A model generated the notes under the pieces. It was given only the letters and a program-made list of their open reading frames with translations, was not told where the DNA came from and did no database searches. A stretch of DNA of 39,949 nucleotides from Rhodothermales bacterium (GTDB taxonomy: Bacteria > Bacteroidota > Rhodothermia > Rhodothermales > DATKEJ01), in assembly GCA_035512315.1 (NCBI GenBank), contig DATKEJ010000240.1, positions 1-39,949 of the forward strand, in the 5' to 3' direction. Each line of letters begins with the position of its first letter. The first letter of the stretch is position 1. Made by a program: the position numbers and the translations under genes. Below are positions 18,422-28,701 of this stretch, one piece after another.

Positions 18422-19972
18422 ATGTCCAGAGAAGACCCCGCCTCCCGACTCGATCATCTTCGATCCGAAGCGTTGAAAGGCGGCGGTGAAGAGCGTATCG
18501 CGCGCCAGCACGAGAAAGGAAAGCTCACCGCTCGAGAGCGGTTGGACATCCTGCTCGACGCGGGCTCGTTCGAGGAGCTCGGGGTGTTCGTAAGGCATCG
18601 TTCGCGAGACTTCGGGCTCGACCGCGAGCGACCGTACGGCGACGGAGTCGTGACGGGATACGGGCGAGTGAATGGCCGGCTGGTCTACGTGTTCAGCCAA
18701 GACTTCACCGTGTTCGGCGGTTCCCTTTCGGAAACGCACGCGGAGAAGATCGTTCGGGTCATGAAGCTCGCAATGGAGAACGGGGCTCCAGTGATCGGGT
18801 TGAACGATTCGGGTGGCGCGCGCATTCAGGAAGGCGTGGCCTCGCTCGGCGGGTACGCAGACATTTTCCTGCTCAATACGCTCGCATCCGGAGTCGTACC
18901 GCAGATTTCGGCCGTGATGGGTCCTTGCGCCGGTGGAGCCGTGTATAGTCCCGCCATTACGGACTTCGTGTTCATGGTCGAAGACACCTCGTACATGTTC
19001 GTGACGGGTCCGAACGTGGTCAAAACGGTCACGCACGAGGAGGTCACGCACGAGGAACTCGGTGGAGCGCATACGCACGCTTCGAAAAGCGGGGTGGCGC
19101 ATTTCACGTGTGAGAGCGAGCTCGGGTGCCTTACGCGAATCCGGCAGTTGCTTTCGTACCTCCCTCAGAACTGCGAAGAAGCCCCTCCAAGGCTACCTGT
19201 CGATGATCCGGTCGATCGCGAGGATCTAGCACTCGACGATTTGATTCCGACGAGTCCGAACAAGCCGTACGACATGCACGACGTGATTCGAGGAGTTGTC
19301 GATCGCGACAGCTTCTTCGAGGTTCATGCCGAGTACGCGGCCAACATGGTGGTGGGTTTTGCCCGATTGGCCGGAGCCACGGTGGGTATCGTGGCCAACC
19401 AGCCTGCCGTGCTCGCGGGGGTTCTTGACATTGACGCCGCGGTTAAGGGCGCTCGCTTCGTCCGGTTTTGCGACGCGTTCAATATCCCACTCGTGGTTTT
19501 CGAGGACGTACCGGGATTTTTGCCGGGCACCGAGCAGGAATGGAGAGGAATTATCCGTCACGGCGCCAAGCTGCTTTATGCTTTTTGCGAAGCGACGGTC
19601 CCGCGTATCACGGTCATCACGCGCAAGGCTTACGGAGGCGCATATGACGTCATGAACTCGAAGCACATTCGCGGAGACCTCAATCTCGCCTGGCCGACGG
19701 CGGAGATCGCCGTGATGGGTCCGAAAGGCGCCGTCGAGATCATTTACCGCAAGCAGATTCGGGCAGCCGACGATCCCAAGGCCATGGAGGAACAGTTTGT
19801 CGAGGAATACAGGGATCACTTTGCCAATCCGTATGTTGCAGCAGAACGCGGCTTCATCGACAACGTGATTCATCCTCGCGAGACGCGACGAACATTGATC
19901 CGGGCGCTCGACATGCTTCGGAACAAAGTGGCCGACAATCCGAGGAAGAAGCACGGGAATATTCCACTGTGA
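18422..19972 (+). CDS. pccB: acyl-CoA (propionyl-/methylmalonyl-CoA) carboxyltransferase beta subunit
   Basis: 516-aa ORF: [22 protein letters not shown]...[30 protein letters not shown]...[16 protein letters not shown]...[12 protein letters not shown]...[11 protein letters not shown]. This is the canonical carboxyltransferase 12S/PccB pattern. Confidence 0.92.
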   Translation: MSREDPASRLDHLRSEALKGGGEERIARQHEKGKLTARERLDILLDAGSFEELGVFVRHRSRDFGLDRERPYGDGVVTGYGRVNGRLVYVFSQDFTVFGGSLSETHAEKIVRVMKLAMENGAPVIGLNDSGGARIQEGVASLGGYADIFLLNTLASGVVPQISAVMGPCAGGAVYSPAITDFVFMVEDTSYMFVTGPNVVKTVTHEEVTHEELGGAHTHASKSGVAHFTCESELGCLTRIRQLLSYLPQNCEEAPPRLPVDDPVDREDLALDDLIPTSPNKPYDMHDVIRGVVDRDSFFEVHAEYAANMVVGFARLAGATVGIVANQPAVLAGVLDIDAAVKGARFVRFCDAFNIPLVVFEDVPGFLPGTEQEWRGIIRHGAKLLYAFCEATVPRITVITRKAYGGAYDVMNSKHIRGDLNLAWPTAEIAVMGPKGAVEIIYRKQIRAADDPKAMEEQFVEEYRDHFANPYVAAERGFIDNVIHPRETRRTLIRALDMLRNKVADNPRKKHGNIPL

Positions 19973-20019
19973 TTTTCAGTGGGGTGCTAAACCGGCTGCT
20001 TTGTTGCCTTTAGCACTCG

Positions 20020-20057
20020 CGACGTGATGCCGGCATGCCTTGCATTACATCACGTCG
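20020..20057 (+). terminator. hairpin downstream of the carboxyltransferase gene (10-bp stem, 18-nt loop); function uncertain
   Basis: CGACGTGATG (20020-20029) pairs with CATCACGTCG (20048-20057). It is preceded by a second hairpin, GTGCTAAA (19984-19991) / TTTAGCAC (20009-20016). There is no clean T-tract. Confidence 0.3.
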
Positions 20058-20118
20058 TTACGTATAGTATCTATTCATCGAAGCAGAGTGAGCCAGTACT
20101 CTGAAAGGAGGCTATTTC

Positions 20119-22041
20119 GTGATCAACCGACTTTTGACCTTAATACCACTGATCTGCGTGCTCGCGACGGCGAGTGCAGGCGGTCAGTCGGAACTCGTCG
20201 AAACCACAGAACCCTGGGAGGATCTCGTCGACTCGGATGAGAATCTGCTAGTCATGTCGCGGATATACGAGCACCAGGGCGGCTCGCTCGAGGCCGCGGC
20301 CTATCGCGACTATTCCAGGTACGAGGCCCATCTCGACACGGCGATGCAGCTCATGATCGATCTGCTCGACGAGCCCGTCGCCGAAAGACCCCGCTTTCGC
20401 GAACTGTATCGAAGCGTAGTCACCGAATTCGAAGGCTATTACGGTGACGTCGACACCTTCACGACCGAGTTCGGCGGCATTTTCGCCGTACGCGACAGCC
20501 TTTTCGCATCCCTGGAGAAGAACGATCTCGTGGAGGACCTTCTGGTCACCCAGCTGCCCGAGATTTCGACCACGATTCCGATAGTCCACAACAGCCTCGT
20601 AGAGCGGAGCATCATTTATTTGCTGCGAAAGCCCGAGAAGACGGTGGATCTGTGGCGCTCACGGGCTGAAACGTACTTCCCGATGATCGAGGCGATCATG
20701 GAGCAGGAAGGTGCACCCGAGGAGCTCAAGTATCTTGCCCTGATTGAGAGCGGTCTCGAGCCTCGCGCCCGCAGCTGGGCCCGCGCGGCAGGGATGTGGC
20801 AGTTCATTTCAGCCACCGGTCGGTCGTACGGTCTCGACGTCAATGGATGGGTCGACGAGCGCCTGGATCCTGAGAAAGCGACCCGCGCGGCAGCAAGACA
20901 TTTGAAGGACCTGTACGAGCTCTTCGACCACGACTGGCACCTGGCGCTTGCGGGATACAACTGCAGTCCGGGTCGTGTCAAAAGGGCCATTCGTCGCGTC
21001 GAGCGTGCGACGGGAACGAAAGCGACGTTCTGGGACATTTACCGATACCTCCCTCGCGAGACAAGGGCCTACGTGCCGATGTTCATGGCCGCAGCCATCG
21101 TGATGTCGCATGAGGACGCTTTCAACTTGAAGGACGTCGAGCCTGGCCAGCGCTATGAGTTCGATCGGGTTGCAGTGCATCACGTGCTGCCACTGGCTGA
21201 CGTCGCGCTTATGAGCGGTGTCGACGTGGAGGCCATCAAGTTCCTGAATCCGGAAATTCGGACCGAATACGTGCCGCCGTCAGTCAAGCCGTACATGCTC
21301 AGGCTGCCGTTCAGGGCGGGGAATCGCTTCATCGAAAGGTACGACGCGTGGTTGGCCTCGGATGGGTCGAAAGGACTTGACCTGATGCACACGGTCGCTT
21401 CCGGAGAGACGCTTGCGCGAATCGCCCGCCACCACGGTGTCTCGGTCGCAGAGATTCGTTCGGCGAATGGGTTCAGCGGCAATGCGATCGAAGTCGGCCA
21501 GAAGCTCCAGATCCCAGTCTCATCGTACACGAGCAAGAGCTCGTTGGAAATGTTCGCGAATGGAACCGGGAGCGTGAGATACCGGCAGCCGTCCATCGAT
21601 CCCGTGGCCGTCATGTCGCTTGACGGTTCGGAGGTTGGACCGGGTAACAACATCAGGACGGTTGCCGTGCGAAGCCAGGCGCGCGCGCGCGAGATTAACG
21701 GAACGTCTTCCACGTCCGCTTCTTCCTCGTCGACGAGCGGTAATCGAATCAGATATCGCGTCAAGTCAGGAGACACACTCTCCGGCATTGCTTCCAAGTA
21801 CAGGACGTCCGTCGCTAAGCTGAGGGGCTGGAATAATCTGCGGACAAACCGCATCCGATCGGGTCAGATGCTCACGATTTACTCGGGCAGCGCCCCGACC
21901 GTCTCGCACAAGGTTCGACGCGGTGAGACGCTCTCGTCCCTCGCGCGCCGGTATGGCACCAGTATAAGTCGCATCAAGAGCTGGAACGGCTTGCGTTCAG
22001 ACCGGATCCAGGTTGGACAGGTGCTTACCGTGAGCCGGTAA
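20119..22041 (+). CDS. mltD: membrane-bound lytic murein transglycosylase D-like protein (SLT domain + 3 LysM domains)
   Basis: GTG start preceded by AAAGGAGG. Signal peptide MINRLLTLIPLICVLATASA. SLT catalytic region LKYLALIESGLEPRARSWARAAGMWQF. Three C-terminal LysM repeats: HTVASGETLARIA..., YRVKSGDTLSGIA..., HKVRRGETLSSLA.... Confidence 0.88.
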   Translation: MINRLLTLIPLICVLATASAGGQSELVETTEPWEDLVDSDENLLVMSRIYEHQGGSLEAAAYRDYSRYEAHLDTAMQLMIDLLDEPVAERPRFRELYRSVVTEFEGYYGDVDTFTTEFGGIFAVRDSLFASLEKNDLVEDLLVTQLPEISTTIPIVHNSLVERSIIYLLRKPEKTVDLWRSRAETYFPMIEAIMEQEGAPEELKYLALIESGLEPRARSWARAAGMWQFISATGRSYGLDVNGWVDERLDPEKATRAAARHLKDLYELFDHDWHLALAGYNCSPGRVKRAIRRVERATGTKATFWDIYRYLPRETRAYVPMFMAAAIVMSHEDAFNLKDVEPGQRYEFDRVAVHHVLPLADVALMSGVDVEAIKFLNPEIRTEYVPPSVKPYMLRLPFRAGNRFIERYDAWLASDGSKGLDLMHTVASGETLARIARHHGVSVAEIRSANGFSGNAIEVGQKLQIPVSSYTSKSSLEMFANGTGSVRYRQPSIDPVAVMSLDGSEVGPGNNIRTVAVRSQARAREINGTSSTSASSSSTSGNRIRYRVKSGDTLSGIASKYRTSVAKLRGWNNLRTNRIRSGQMLTIYSGSAPTVSHKVRRGETLSSLARRYGTSISRIKSWNGLRSDRIQVGQVLTVSR

Positions 22042-22053
22042 AGGGGTCTCGAA

Positions 22054-22088
22054 AAACGCTAAACGCCAAACGAGAAACGCTAAACGCC
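22054..22088. repeat. heptanucleotide tandem array (AAACGCT AAACGCC AAACGAG AAACGCT AAACGCC)
   Basis: Five units in perfect 7-nt register, starting 13 nt after the mltD stop. The first 20 nt are identical to 29398-29417. Confidence 0.9.
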
Positions 22089-22250
22089 CTCACTTGGCCT
22101 TAGCCGTGATCCTGCCGCTAACGGCGGGCGAGCACGTCCGCGCAAATGGTACGGGAGTAACCTCCCCCGGCTTCCGCTCCGCACTACTCTTCCCGCTTAC
22201 ATTTGAGACCCCCTCCCGAGGGGACCAGGCCCAGCAAACTGACGGGCCTT

Positions 22251-22299
22251 GGAACCTCGAACCCCGAACCCCGAACCCCGAACCCGTAACCCGCCGTAA
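22251..22299. repeat. heptanucleotide tandem array (GGAACCT, CGAACCC x4, GTAACCC, GCCGTAA)
   Basis: Four perfect CGAACCC units (22258-22285) are flanked by degenerate units. GGAACCTCGAAC (22251-22262) is identical to 29438-29449. Confidence 0.88.
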
Positions 22300-22436
22300 C
22301 GAATTCGCCTTGAACGAGGCGTCTAAAACCGTACGGTTGTGCCGGTTATTTCGTATTTTCCGGACCGCTCTAAGCACGTGGCGTTTGAGAGCACATCCGA
22401 TGGGCGCGGGAAGCTAGACTCACTTCGTTTGACTGC

Positions 22437-25028
22437 ATGGCAGAAGACCAGCAGAATTCTATTATCCTGATCGACATCGAGGACGAAATGCGGTCCTCGT
22501 ACATCGATTATTCGATGTCGGTCATCGTCAGTAGGGCGCTTCCTGACGTTCGCGACGGACTCAAGCCGGTTCAGCGCCGGATCCTGTACGGGATGAGCGA
22601 GCTGGACCTCGGCCCGACGCGTCCCTACAAGAAGAGCGCGAGGATCGTTGGTGAGGTCCTCGGCAAGTACCATCCCCACGGTGATTCAGCCGTGTACGAC
22701 GGGATGGTTCGCATGGCTCAGGATTTTTCGGTCCGCTATCCCCTGGTCGGAGGGCAGGGCAATTTCGGGTCGGTCGACGGAGACTCTGCGGCGGCCATGC
22801 GATACACCGAAGCGCGCCTGACGCGCATTTCGCAGGAGCTGCTCCAGGACCTCGAGAAGAACACGGTTGATTTCGTTCCGAATTTCGATGAGTCGCTAAA
22901 CGAGCCGAGCGTTCTTCCGTCGGCCGCTCCGAACCTCCTGATGAACGGAGCCAGCGGGATCGCCGTCGGGATGGCGACGAATATTCCTCCGCACAACCTC
23001 GGCGAGCTCGTCGACGGGATCGTGGCGTACATCGACGATCCGACGATCGAGACCGAGGCGATCATGGGATATATCCCGGCGCCTGATTTCCCGACAGGCG
23101 GCATCATTTACGGCTACGCCGGGGTGAAGGATGCTTATGAGACGGGACGCGGGCGCATCGTGCTCCGGGCCCGGATCCACGAGGAGGAGCTCGCCGGCGG
23201 GCGACAGGCGCTCGTCGTGACCGAGATTCCGTACCAGGTCAACAAGGCCACGACCATCGAAAAGATCGCTTCGCTGGTTCGAGACAAGCGCATCGAAGGA
23301 ATCTCGGATTTGCGTGACGAAAGCGATCGACGGGGCATGCGCATCGTGATCGAGTTGAAGCGCGACGCCGTTCCGCTCGTCATCCAAAACCAGCTGTACA
23401 AGTACACGCAGTTTCAGCAGACGTTTGGCGTGAACATGGTGGCGCTCGTCGATGGTCGACCGCGGACCCTGAAGCTCATTGAAGCGATCGGGCATTATGT
23501 AGACCATCGGCACGAGGTCATCGTCCGTCGCACCGAGTTCGAGCTCAAGAAGGCGGAAGAGCGCGCGCACATACTCGAAGGCCTCCGAATTGCACTCGAT
23601 CATCTTGACGCGATCATCTCGATCATCCGCTATTCGGCGAATCCGGATGAGGCGCGCGAGAACCTGATGGTCGGCGTTCTCCCCGAGGCGCTCACCACAG
23701 AAATGCGAGAGCGGTTTGGCCTCCCGACCACTGCCGAATCCCTCTTCTCTCTTTCCGAAGTGCAAGCTCGTGCCATTCTCGATCTCCGACTCCAACGGCT
23801 GACGGCCCTGGAAAGGCAGAAGATCGAGGAGGAGCACACGGAGGTCCTGATCCAGATTGAGACCCTGAAGGGCATCCTCGCCGACCGCGGCGTGCGGATG
23901 CAGATCATCAAGGACGAGCTGCTCGAGATCAAGAAACGATACGACGACGAGCGTCGGACCGAAATCGATTACACGGGAGGCGACATCCTCGCCGTGGAGG
24001 ATCTCATCGAGGATGAACAGGTCGTCGTGACCATCACGCACCAGGGTCTCGTCAAGCGTACGTCGGTTGTGAGCTATCGCCAGCAGGGTCGCGGCGGGCG
24101 CGGATTGAAAGCGACAGGCACGCGCGAGGAGGACTTCGTCGAACAGCTCTTCGTCTCATCCAACCACGACTATCTGCTTTTCTTTACCGATCACGGCCAG
24201 TGCTACTGGCTACGTGTCTTCGCAATTCCGGAAGGAGAGAGAACGGGCAAAGGCCGCTCGCTGCGGAATCTGATCCAGATCGATCAGGAAGACTGCGTTC
24301 GGGCCGTACTGGCGGTGAAGAAGGGCGACTTCATCGATCCGGATTTCGGCGAATCTCATTTTGTCCTGATGGCGACAAAGCAGGGGATGGTCAAGAAGAC
24401 TCCGCTGGCCGCATTCTCCCGTCCCCGCGCGGACGGCATCATTGCCATCTCGGTGAACGAGGGGGACGAGCTGCTCGAAGCCCACTTGACCGACGGCAAT
24501 GCGAACGTCGTCATGGCGTCGTCAGGCGGTCGAGCAATTCGCTTCCGGGAGCAGGATGCCCGCCCAATGGGTCGCAATACGATGGGCGTTCGGGGCATGC
24601 GCATCAGACCCCACGAGTCGATCGTGGGGCTGGTCGCCATAAACGGCGAAGATGCCGACGTGCTCGCCGTTTCATCCAACGGCTATGGAAAGCGATCGCT
24701 GATCAGCGAGTACCCGATCCACCGGCGTGGGGGCAAAGGAGTGCTCACCCTTAGAGCGACCGACCGCACCGGGCCGCTTGTCGCCGTGAGAGCCGTGCAG
24801 CAAGGCGCTGATCTGATGATCATAACGGTGGCCGGAATCATGATCCGCATGAACGTTAGCACCATCTCGACCCTGCGACGAAACACGCAGGGTGTACGGC
24901 TGATCAACCTCGGTGAAGATGACGAAATCGCCGACGTCGCAAGTCTGATGATTGACGAAGACGAGGTGTCCGACGAAGAGGATATGGCGACAGATCTCCC
25001 GGTGGACGGCCAGGACGTCGAGGAATAG
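22437..25028 (+). CDS. gyrA: DNA gyrase subunit A
   Basis: 863-aa ORF: [35 protein letters not shown]...[10 protein letters not shown] (active-site Tyr) ...[13 protein letters not shown] (QRDR). C-terminal beta-pinwheel repeats are followed by an acidic tail. Confidence 0.97.
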   Translation: MAEDQQNSIILIDIEDEMRSSYIDYSMSVIVSRALPDVRDGLKPVQRRILYGMSELDLGPTRPYKKSARIVGEVLGKYHPHGDSAVYDGMVRMAQDFSVRYPLVGGQGNFGSVDGDSAAAMRYTEARLTRISQELLQDLEKNTVDFVPNFDESLNEPSVLPSAAPNLLMNGASGIAVGMATNIPPHNLGELVDGIVAYIDDPTIETEAIMGYIPAPDFPTGGIIYGYAGVKDAYETGRGRIVLRARIHEEELAGGRQALVVTEIPYQVNKATTIEKIASLVRDKRIEGISDLRDESDRRGMRIVIELKRDAVPLVIQNQLYKYTQFQQTFGVNMVALVDGRPRTLKLIEAIGHYVDHRHEVIVRRTEFELKKAEERAHILEGLRIALDHLDAIISIIRYSANPDEARENLMVGVLPEALTTEMRERFGLPTTAESLFSLSEVQARAILDLRLQRLTALERQKIEEEHTEVLIQIETLKGILADRGVRMQIIKDELLEIKKRYDDERRTEIDYTGGDILAVEDLIEDEQVVVTITHQGLVKRTSVVSYRQQGRGGRGLKATGTREEDFVEQLFVSSNHDYLLFFTDHGQCYWLRVFAIPEGERTGKGRSLRNLIQIDQEDCVRAVLAVKKGDFIDPDFGESHFVLMATKQGMVKKTPLAAFSRPRADGIIAISVNEGDELLEAHLTDGNANVVMASSGGRAIRFREQDARPMGRNTMGVRGMRIRPHESIVGLVAINGEDADVLAVSSNGYGKRSLISEYPIHRRGGKGVLTLRATDRTGPLVAVRAVQQGADLMIITVAGIMIRMNVSTISTLRRNTQGVRLINLGEDDEIADVASLMIDEDEVSDEEDMATDLPVDGQDVEE

Positions 25029-25114
25029 CCTAGTCCGACCAAAGCGCCTGCGGTACGGCGCATCCCAGAATCCGGTACCCTGAGCTTTTATCGTCGACCG
25101 CCTGTTACGCGTTT

Positions 25115-25153
25115 AGAGGGAGTGCGTCGCACTTGGTGCGGCGCACTCCCTCT
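25115..25153. terminator. very stable 18-bp hairpin between gyrA and the ABC-F gene (no U-tract)
   Basis: AGAGGGAGTGCGTCGCAC / TTG loop / GTGCGGCGCACTCCCTCT gives 17 Watson-Crick pairs plus one G-T wobble. It lies 87 nt after the gyrA stop. No T-run follows on either strand, so assigning it as a terminator is tentative. Confidence 0.35.
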
Positions 25154-25228
25154 GTCGCCGTCACCCCCGGGCCGTAGAAACCCGGCTCCGGAACAAACGC
25201 CGAAGTCGCCGATTTCGGTACGGCTTTT

Positions 25229-27289
25229 ATGGTGCAGCTAGAAAACATATCGCTCTCGTTCGGCGGCCAGCGTGTCTTCGACACGATGAGCTGGTTCATT
25301 CGGGACGGGGCCCGCGTCGGGCTCATCGGGCCGAACGGCGCCGGGAAAACCACCCTTCTGCGGATGCTGGCGGGACAGATGCGGCCGGACTCCGGCTCCG
25401 TTTCATTCGGGTCGGAGATGACGATCGGCTATCTGGAACAGGAGATTCTGGAGGTCGACGATGAGGACGAGTCGGTTCGCGATCATGTGCTCAGGACGTT
25501 TGATCGCGTCCAACAGCTCGAGTTGGCCTCCGAGCGCATCCTCGAGCGGCTGAAGCAGCAGGATCTGGATGAGGAAGACACCGATCGGCTGATCCGCAAG
25601 CTCGACGAGATCCATGTCGCGCTTCATGCGCACGACGCGCACCTGCTCGAATCTCGAGCGGAGACGGTGCTGCACGGGCTGGGATTCACCGACGACGACC
25701 TGGGGCGCACGGTCGCCTCCTTTTCCGGAGGGTGGCGGATGCGCATGGCGCTCGCGCAACTGCTTCTGAAGCGACCTGACCTGCTGCTCCTGGACGAGCC
25801 AACTAACCATCTCGACATCGAAAGCATCGACTGGCTAGAGCAGTTTCTGGCAAGTTTCCCTGGCGCGGTGGTGCTGGTTTCGCACGACCGCTACTTCCTG
25901 AATCGAATCGTCTCGTCGATCGCCGAAATCGCACACGGCCGGATAAATAACTATACAGGCAATTACGAGCGGTACGAGCTGGAGAAGGAGGAACGGCTCG
26001 CGATTCAGTGGGCCTCGTACGAGAACCAGCAGCGAGAGATAAAGCAGGCCGAGCAGTTCATAAGACGATTTCGGGCGAAGGCAACCAAGGCGCGACAGGT
26101 TCAGAGCCGGATCAAGGCGCTCGAGCGCATAGACCTCATACCGGAACCAGAGCCGCCGGCGCCGTCGATCCGTTTCAGTTTTCCTTCCGGATCGCAGCCG
26201 TCACGCGTGGTGTTGTCGCTCTCGGATTTTTCGAAGTCGTACGATCTGATCGACGGAGGCGAGGTCGTCGTCTTCGACCGCGCCCGCGCCATGACGATCG
26301 AACGGGGCGAGAAGATCGCCCTGGTTGGGAAGAACGGCGCCGGGAAGAGCACACTGGCCCGCATCCTCGGCGGAACTGAGCCCTTCGACGGCGAGCGGAA
26401 GCTCGGCCAGCGCGTCGATATCGGGTTTTTCGCTCAGAATCAGAGCGAAGCCCTCGATCCCGGCGACACTGTTCTTCAGGCGATGCAAAGGGCGGCTTAT
26501 GGTTGGGACGAAGCGAGGATTCGGGGCCTGCTCGGCGCATTTCTCTTTTCGGCCGACGACGTGCTGAAGCGAACGAGTGTTCTTTCCGGCGGCGAGAAGA
26601 GCAGATTGGCGCTCGCTCTCACGCTGGCTACGCCTGCCAATTTCCTTGTCCTTGACGAGCCGACCAATCACCTCGACATCCGCTCTCGCGCGGCGTTAAT
26701 CGAGGCATTGCGCGAATTCCCCGGCACATTCGTCGTGATCAGCCACGACCGGCACTTCGTGGATCGTGTCGCCAACCGGATCTGGTACGTTGCCGACGGT
26801 CAGGTGCGGGTCTACCACGGTAACTACTCCGGCATCGTCCAGCTTCAAGCGACCGCCGCGGGTCCGGAGGCGAAAACGCGACCTGAGGTCGAGCCCGCGG
26901 CGAGCAACGGCCGTGGGGGTGGCCCCAAGACCAAGGAGCAGAAGCGCATTGAGGCAGAGCGCAGAAAAGCGAAGGCCTCGCAAAAGGACCGGATCAAGAC
27001 CCTGATCGTCAAAGGCGAACCGGGTCGGCTTGAAGAGCTGGACGGGGAGGTCCTTCAATTCGCGATGGAGCTGCTCGAGGAGAAAATTGCCGCCGAAGAG
27101 GAGGAGAGATCCACTCTGGAAGGCCGGCTCGCCGACCCCACGTTCTATTACGACAGCGACAAATCCGCGACTGCCGTGCATAGATTCGAAGACCTGCAAC
27201 GAAGTCTGGCGACGCTCTACGAACGCTGGGAGCTCGTCGCGCGACTGCTCGAGGACGAGCGAAGTAATATCGAAGGTCGAACGCCCTGA
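25229..27289 (+). CDS. ABC-F family ATPase (two ABC domains, Uup-like C-terminal coiled-coil extension)
   Basis: Two Walker A sites (GPNGAGKTT and GKNGAGKST), two signature motifs (FSGGWRMR and LSGGEKSR) and no TM domain. The Lys/Arg/Glu-rich C-terminal region is KTKEQKRIEAERRKAKASQKDR.... Confidence 0.9.
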   Translation: MVQLENISLSFGGQRVFDTMSWFIRDGARVGLIGPNGAGKTTLLRMLAGQMRPDSGSVSFGSEMTIGYLEQEILEVDDEDESVRDHVLRTFDRVQQLELASERILERLKQQDLDEEDTDRLIRKLDEIHVALHAHDAHLLESRAETVLHGLGFTDDDLGRTVASFSGGWRMRMALAQLLLKRPDLLLLDEPTNHLDIESIDWLEQFLASFPGAVVLVSHDRYFLNRIVSSIAEIAHGRINNYTGNYERYELEKEERLAIQWASYENQQREIKQAEQFIRRFRAKATKARQVQSRIKALERIDLIPEPEPPAPSIRFSFPSGSQPSRVVLSLSDFSKSYDLIDGGEVVVFDRARAMTIERGEKIALVGKNGAGKSTLARILGGTEPFDGERKLGQRVDIGFFAQNQSEALDPGDTVLQAMQRAAYGWDEARIRGLLGAFLFSADDVLKRTSVLSGGEKSRLALALTLATPANFLVLDEPTNHLDIRSRAALIEALREFPGTFVVISHDRHFVDRVANRIWYVADGQVRVYHGNYSGIVQLQATAAGPEAKTRPEVEPAASNGRGGGPKTKEQKRIEAERRKAKASQKDRIKTLIVKGEPGRLEELDGEVLQFAMELLEEKIAAEEEERSTLEGRLADPTFYYDSDKSATAVHRFEDLQRSLATLYERWELVARLLEDERSNIEGRTP

Positions 27290-27293
27290 GCCG

Positions 27294-28694
27294 ATGTTCA
27301 ACGAACGAAGCAAACTCTTTCAGCGAGCGCTGTTCGTGGCGGATCTCGGGTTGATCGCCGCCGGCTGGATCATCGCCTACTACATCCGATTCGAGCTGCT
27401 CGTCCCTATCGTCGGCCTGCCGCTCTGGAGACCGCTTTCCCGGTACATCTCCTACCTTCCTCCCCTTATCGTCATCTGGGGCGTCGTTTTTCTGGCATCC
27501 GGGCTGTACTCCTCCGACCGCGCGCAGCGTCTCCCGCTTCTTGTCTACGGCGTACTGCGCGCCGTCTCTCTCGGAATGGCTGCGAGCGTTGCCGGCCTCT
27601 TCTTCTACCGCGCCTTCTCGTTCTCGCGGCTGCACATGCTCCTTTTCGGGATCGTCACGACCGGGCTGATGGTCGTGCTCCGAATCGTGCTGTACAGTCT
27701 GATCAGGCAGGCGAGGAAGCACGGCCGCAATTTCCGCCGCGTGTTGATCGTCGGCGCGGGCAAGGTCGGCAGGCGTCTCGCCGACGCGTTCCGCCAGTAC
27801 CCACTCATGGGCTACGACGTGGTCGGATTCCTCGACGACCAGAAGACCGGCCCCGATATACTCGGACGGACGTCCGACCTGTCAGAGGTAATGGACAGGC
27901 TGGACGCGGAAGACCGACCCATCGACTCCGTTTACATCGCGCTCCCGGTTCAAGCGCTTTCGAAAGTGCAGGAAATGACCGAGGTTCTGTCCACTCGCCT
28001 CGCAAGCGTCTGTCTTGTGCCCGACATCCTGCAGTTCAATCTTCTAAACAGCCGCATCAGCGAGGTCGACGGGCTGCCCGTCATCCACCTGGCCGACGAA
28101 CCGCCCATCGCCTTTGGTCGCGTCGTCAAGCGGGGCATCGATATTGTTTTCTCCGCCTCGGTTCTGCTGCTGCTTTCACCGCTGTACCTGCTGATCATGC
28201 TGGGCGTTCGCCTGACGTCGCCTGGGCCAATCCTGTACCGGCAAGTACGAATGGGATTGAATGGCCATCAGTTCGAGATCCTCAAGTTCCGATCGATGCC
28301 GGTCGATGTGGAGGAGAAATCCGGGCCGGTGTGGGCGAAGCAGGGAGAAGTGCGAGCGACCCCGTTCGGGTCTTTCCTACGGAAGACTTCGCTGGACGAA
28401 CTGCCGCAGTTCATTAACGTGCTCAAGGGGGACATGTCTGTTGTGGGGCCCCGGCCGGAGAGACCGCATTTTATAGAGGACTTCAAGAATCGCGTGCCGC
28501 GCTACATGCTCCGTCACAAGATGAAGGCAGGCATCACCGGCTGGGCACAGGTGCACGGACTGCGGGGGAATACTTCGATCGAGAAGCGCATCGAGTACGA
28601 TCTGTACTACATCCAGAACTGGTCGCTCGGTCTCGATCTGCGGATAATGGCGTTGACTCTCTGGAGAGGATTCGTCTCCAAGAACGCCTATTGA
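27294..28694 (+). CDS. polyprenyl-phosphate glycosyl-1-phosphate transferase (WcaJ/exopolysaccharide initiating sugar transferase family)
   Basis: The ATG at 27294 lies 4 nt after the ABC-F stop. The N-terminus has multiple TM helices, followed by a Rossmann-like segment VLIVGAGKVGRRLA. The C-terminal bacterial sugar transferase domain reads KRGIDIVFSASVLLLLSP...RMGLNGHQFEILKFRSM...LDELPQFINVLKGDMSVVGPRPE. The track ORF start at 27030 overlaps the ABC-F gene and is rejected. Confidence 0.87.
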   Translation: MFNERSKLFQRALFVADLGLIAAGWIIAYYIRFELLVPIVGLPLWRPLSRYISYLPPLIVIWGVVFLASGLYSSDRAQRLPLLVYGVLRAVSLGMAASVAGLFFYRAFSFSRLHMLLFGIVTTGLMVVLRIVLYSLIRQARKHGRNFRRVLIVGAGKVGRRLADAFRQYPLMGYDVVGFLDDQKTGPDILGRTSDLSEVMDRLDAEDRPIDSVYIALPVQALSKVQEMTEVLSTRLASVCLVPDILQFNLLNSRISEVDGLPVIHLADEPPIAFGRVVKRGIDIVFSASVLLLLSPLYLLIMLGVRLTSPGPILYRQVRMGLNGHQFEILKFRSMPVDVEEKSGPVWAKQGEVRATPFGSFLRKTSLDELPQFINVLKGDMSVVGPRPERPHFIEDFKNRVPRYMLRHKMKAGITGWAQVHGLRGNTSIEKRIEYDLYYIQNWSLGLDLRIMALTLWRGFVSKNAY

Positions 28695-28701
28695 TCACGG
28701 A

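Noticed and set aside
22090-22417. 95-aa (-) and 107-aa (+) ORFs in the mltD-gyrA spacer
   Set aside because: They overlap each other on opposite strands, run through heptamer repeats, and have low-complexity Pro/Arg/Ser composition. There is no start context or family resemblance.
27030-27293. Upstream extension of the sugar-transferase ORF that overlaps the 3' end of the ABC-F gene
   Set aside because: The ABC-F frame is clearly the coding one here, with a coiled-coil C-terminal domain. The transferase's first TM helix begins just after the ATG at 27294, 4 nt after the ABC-F stop.
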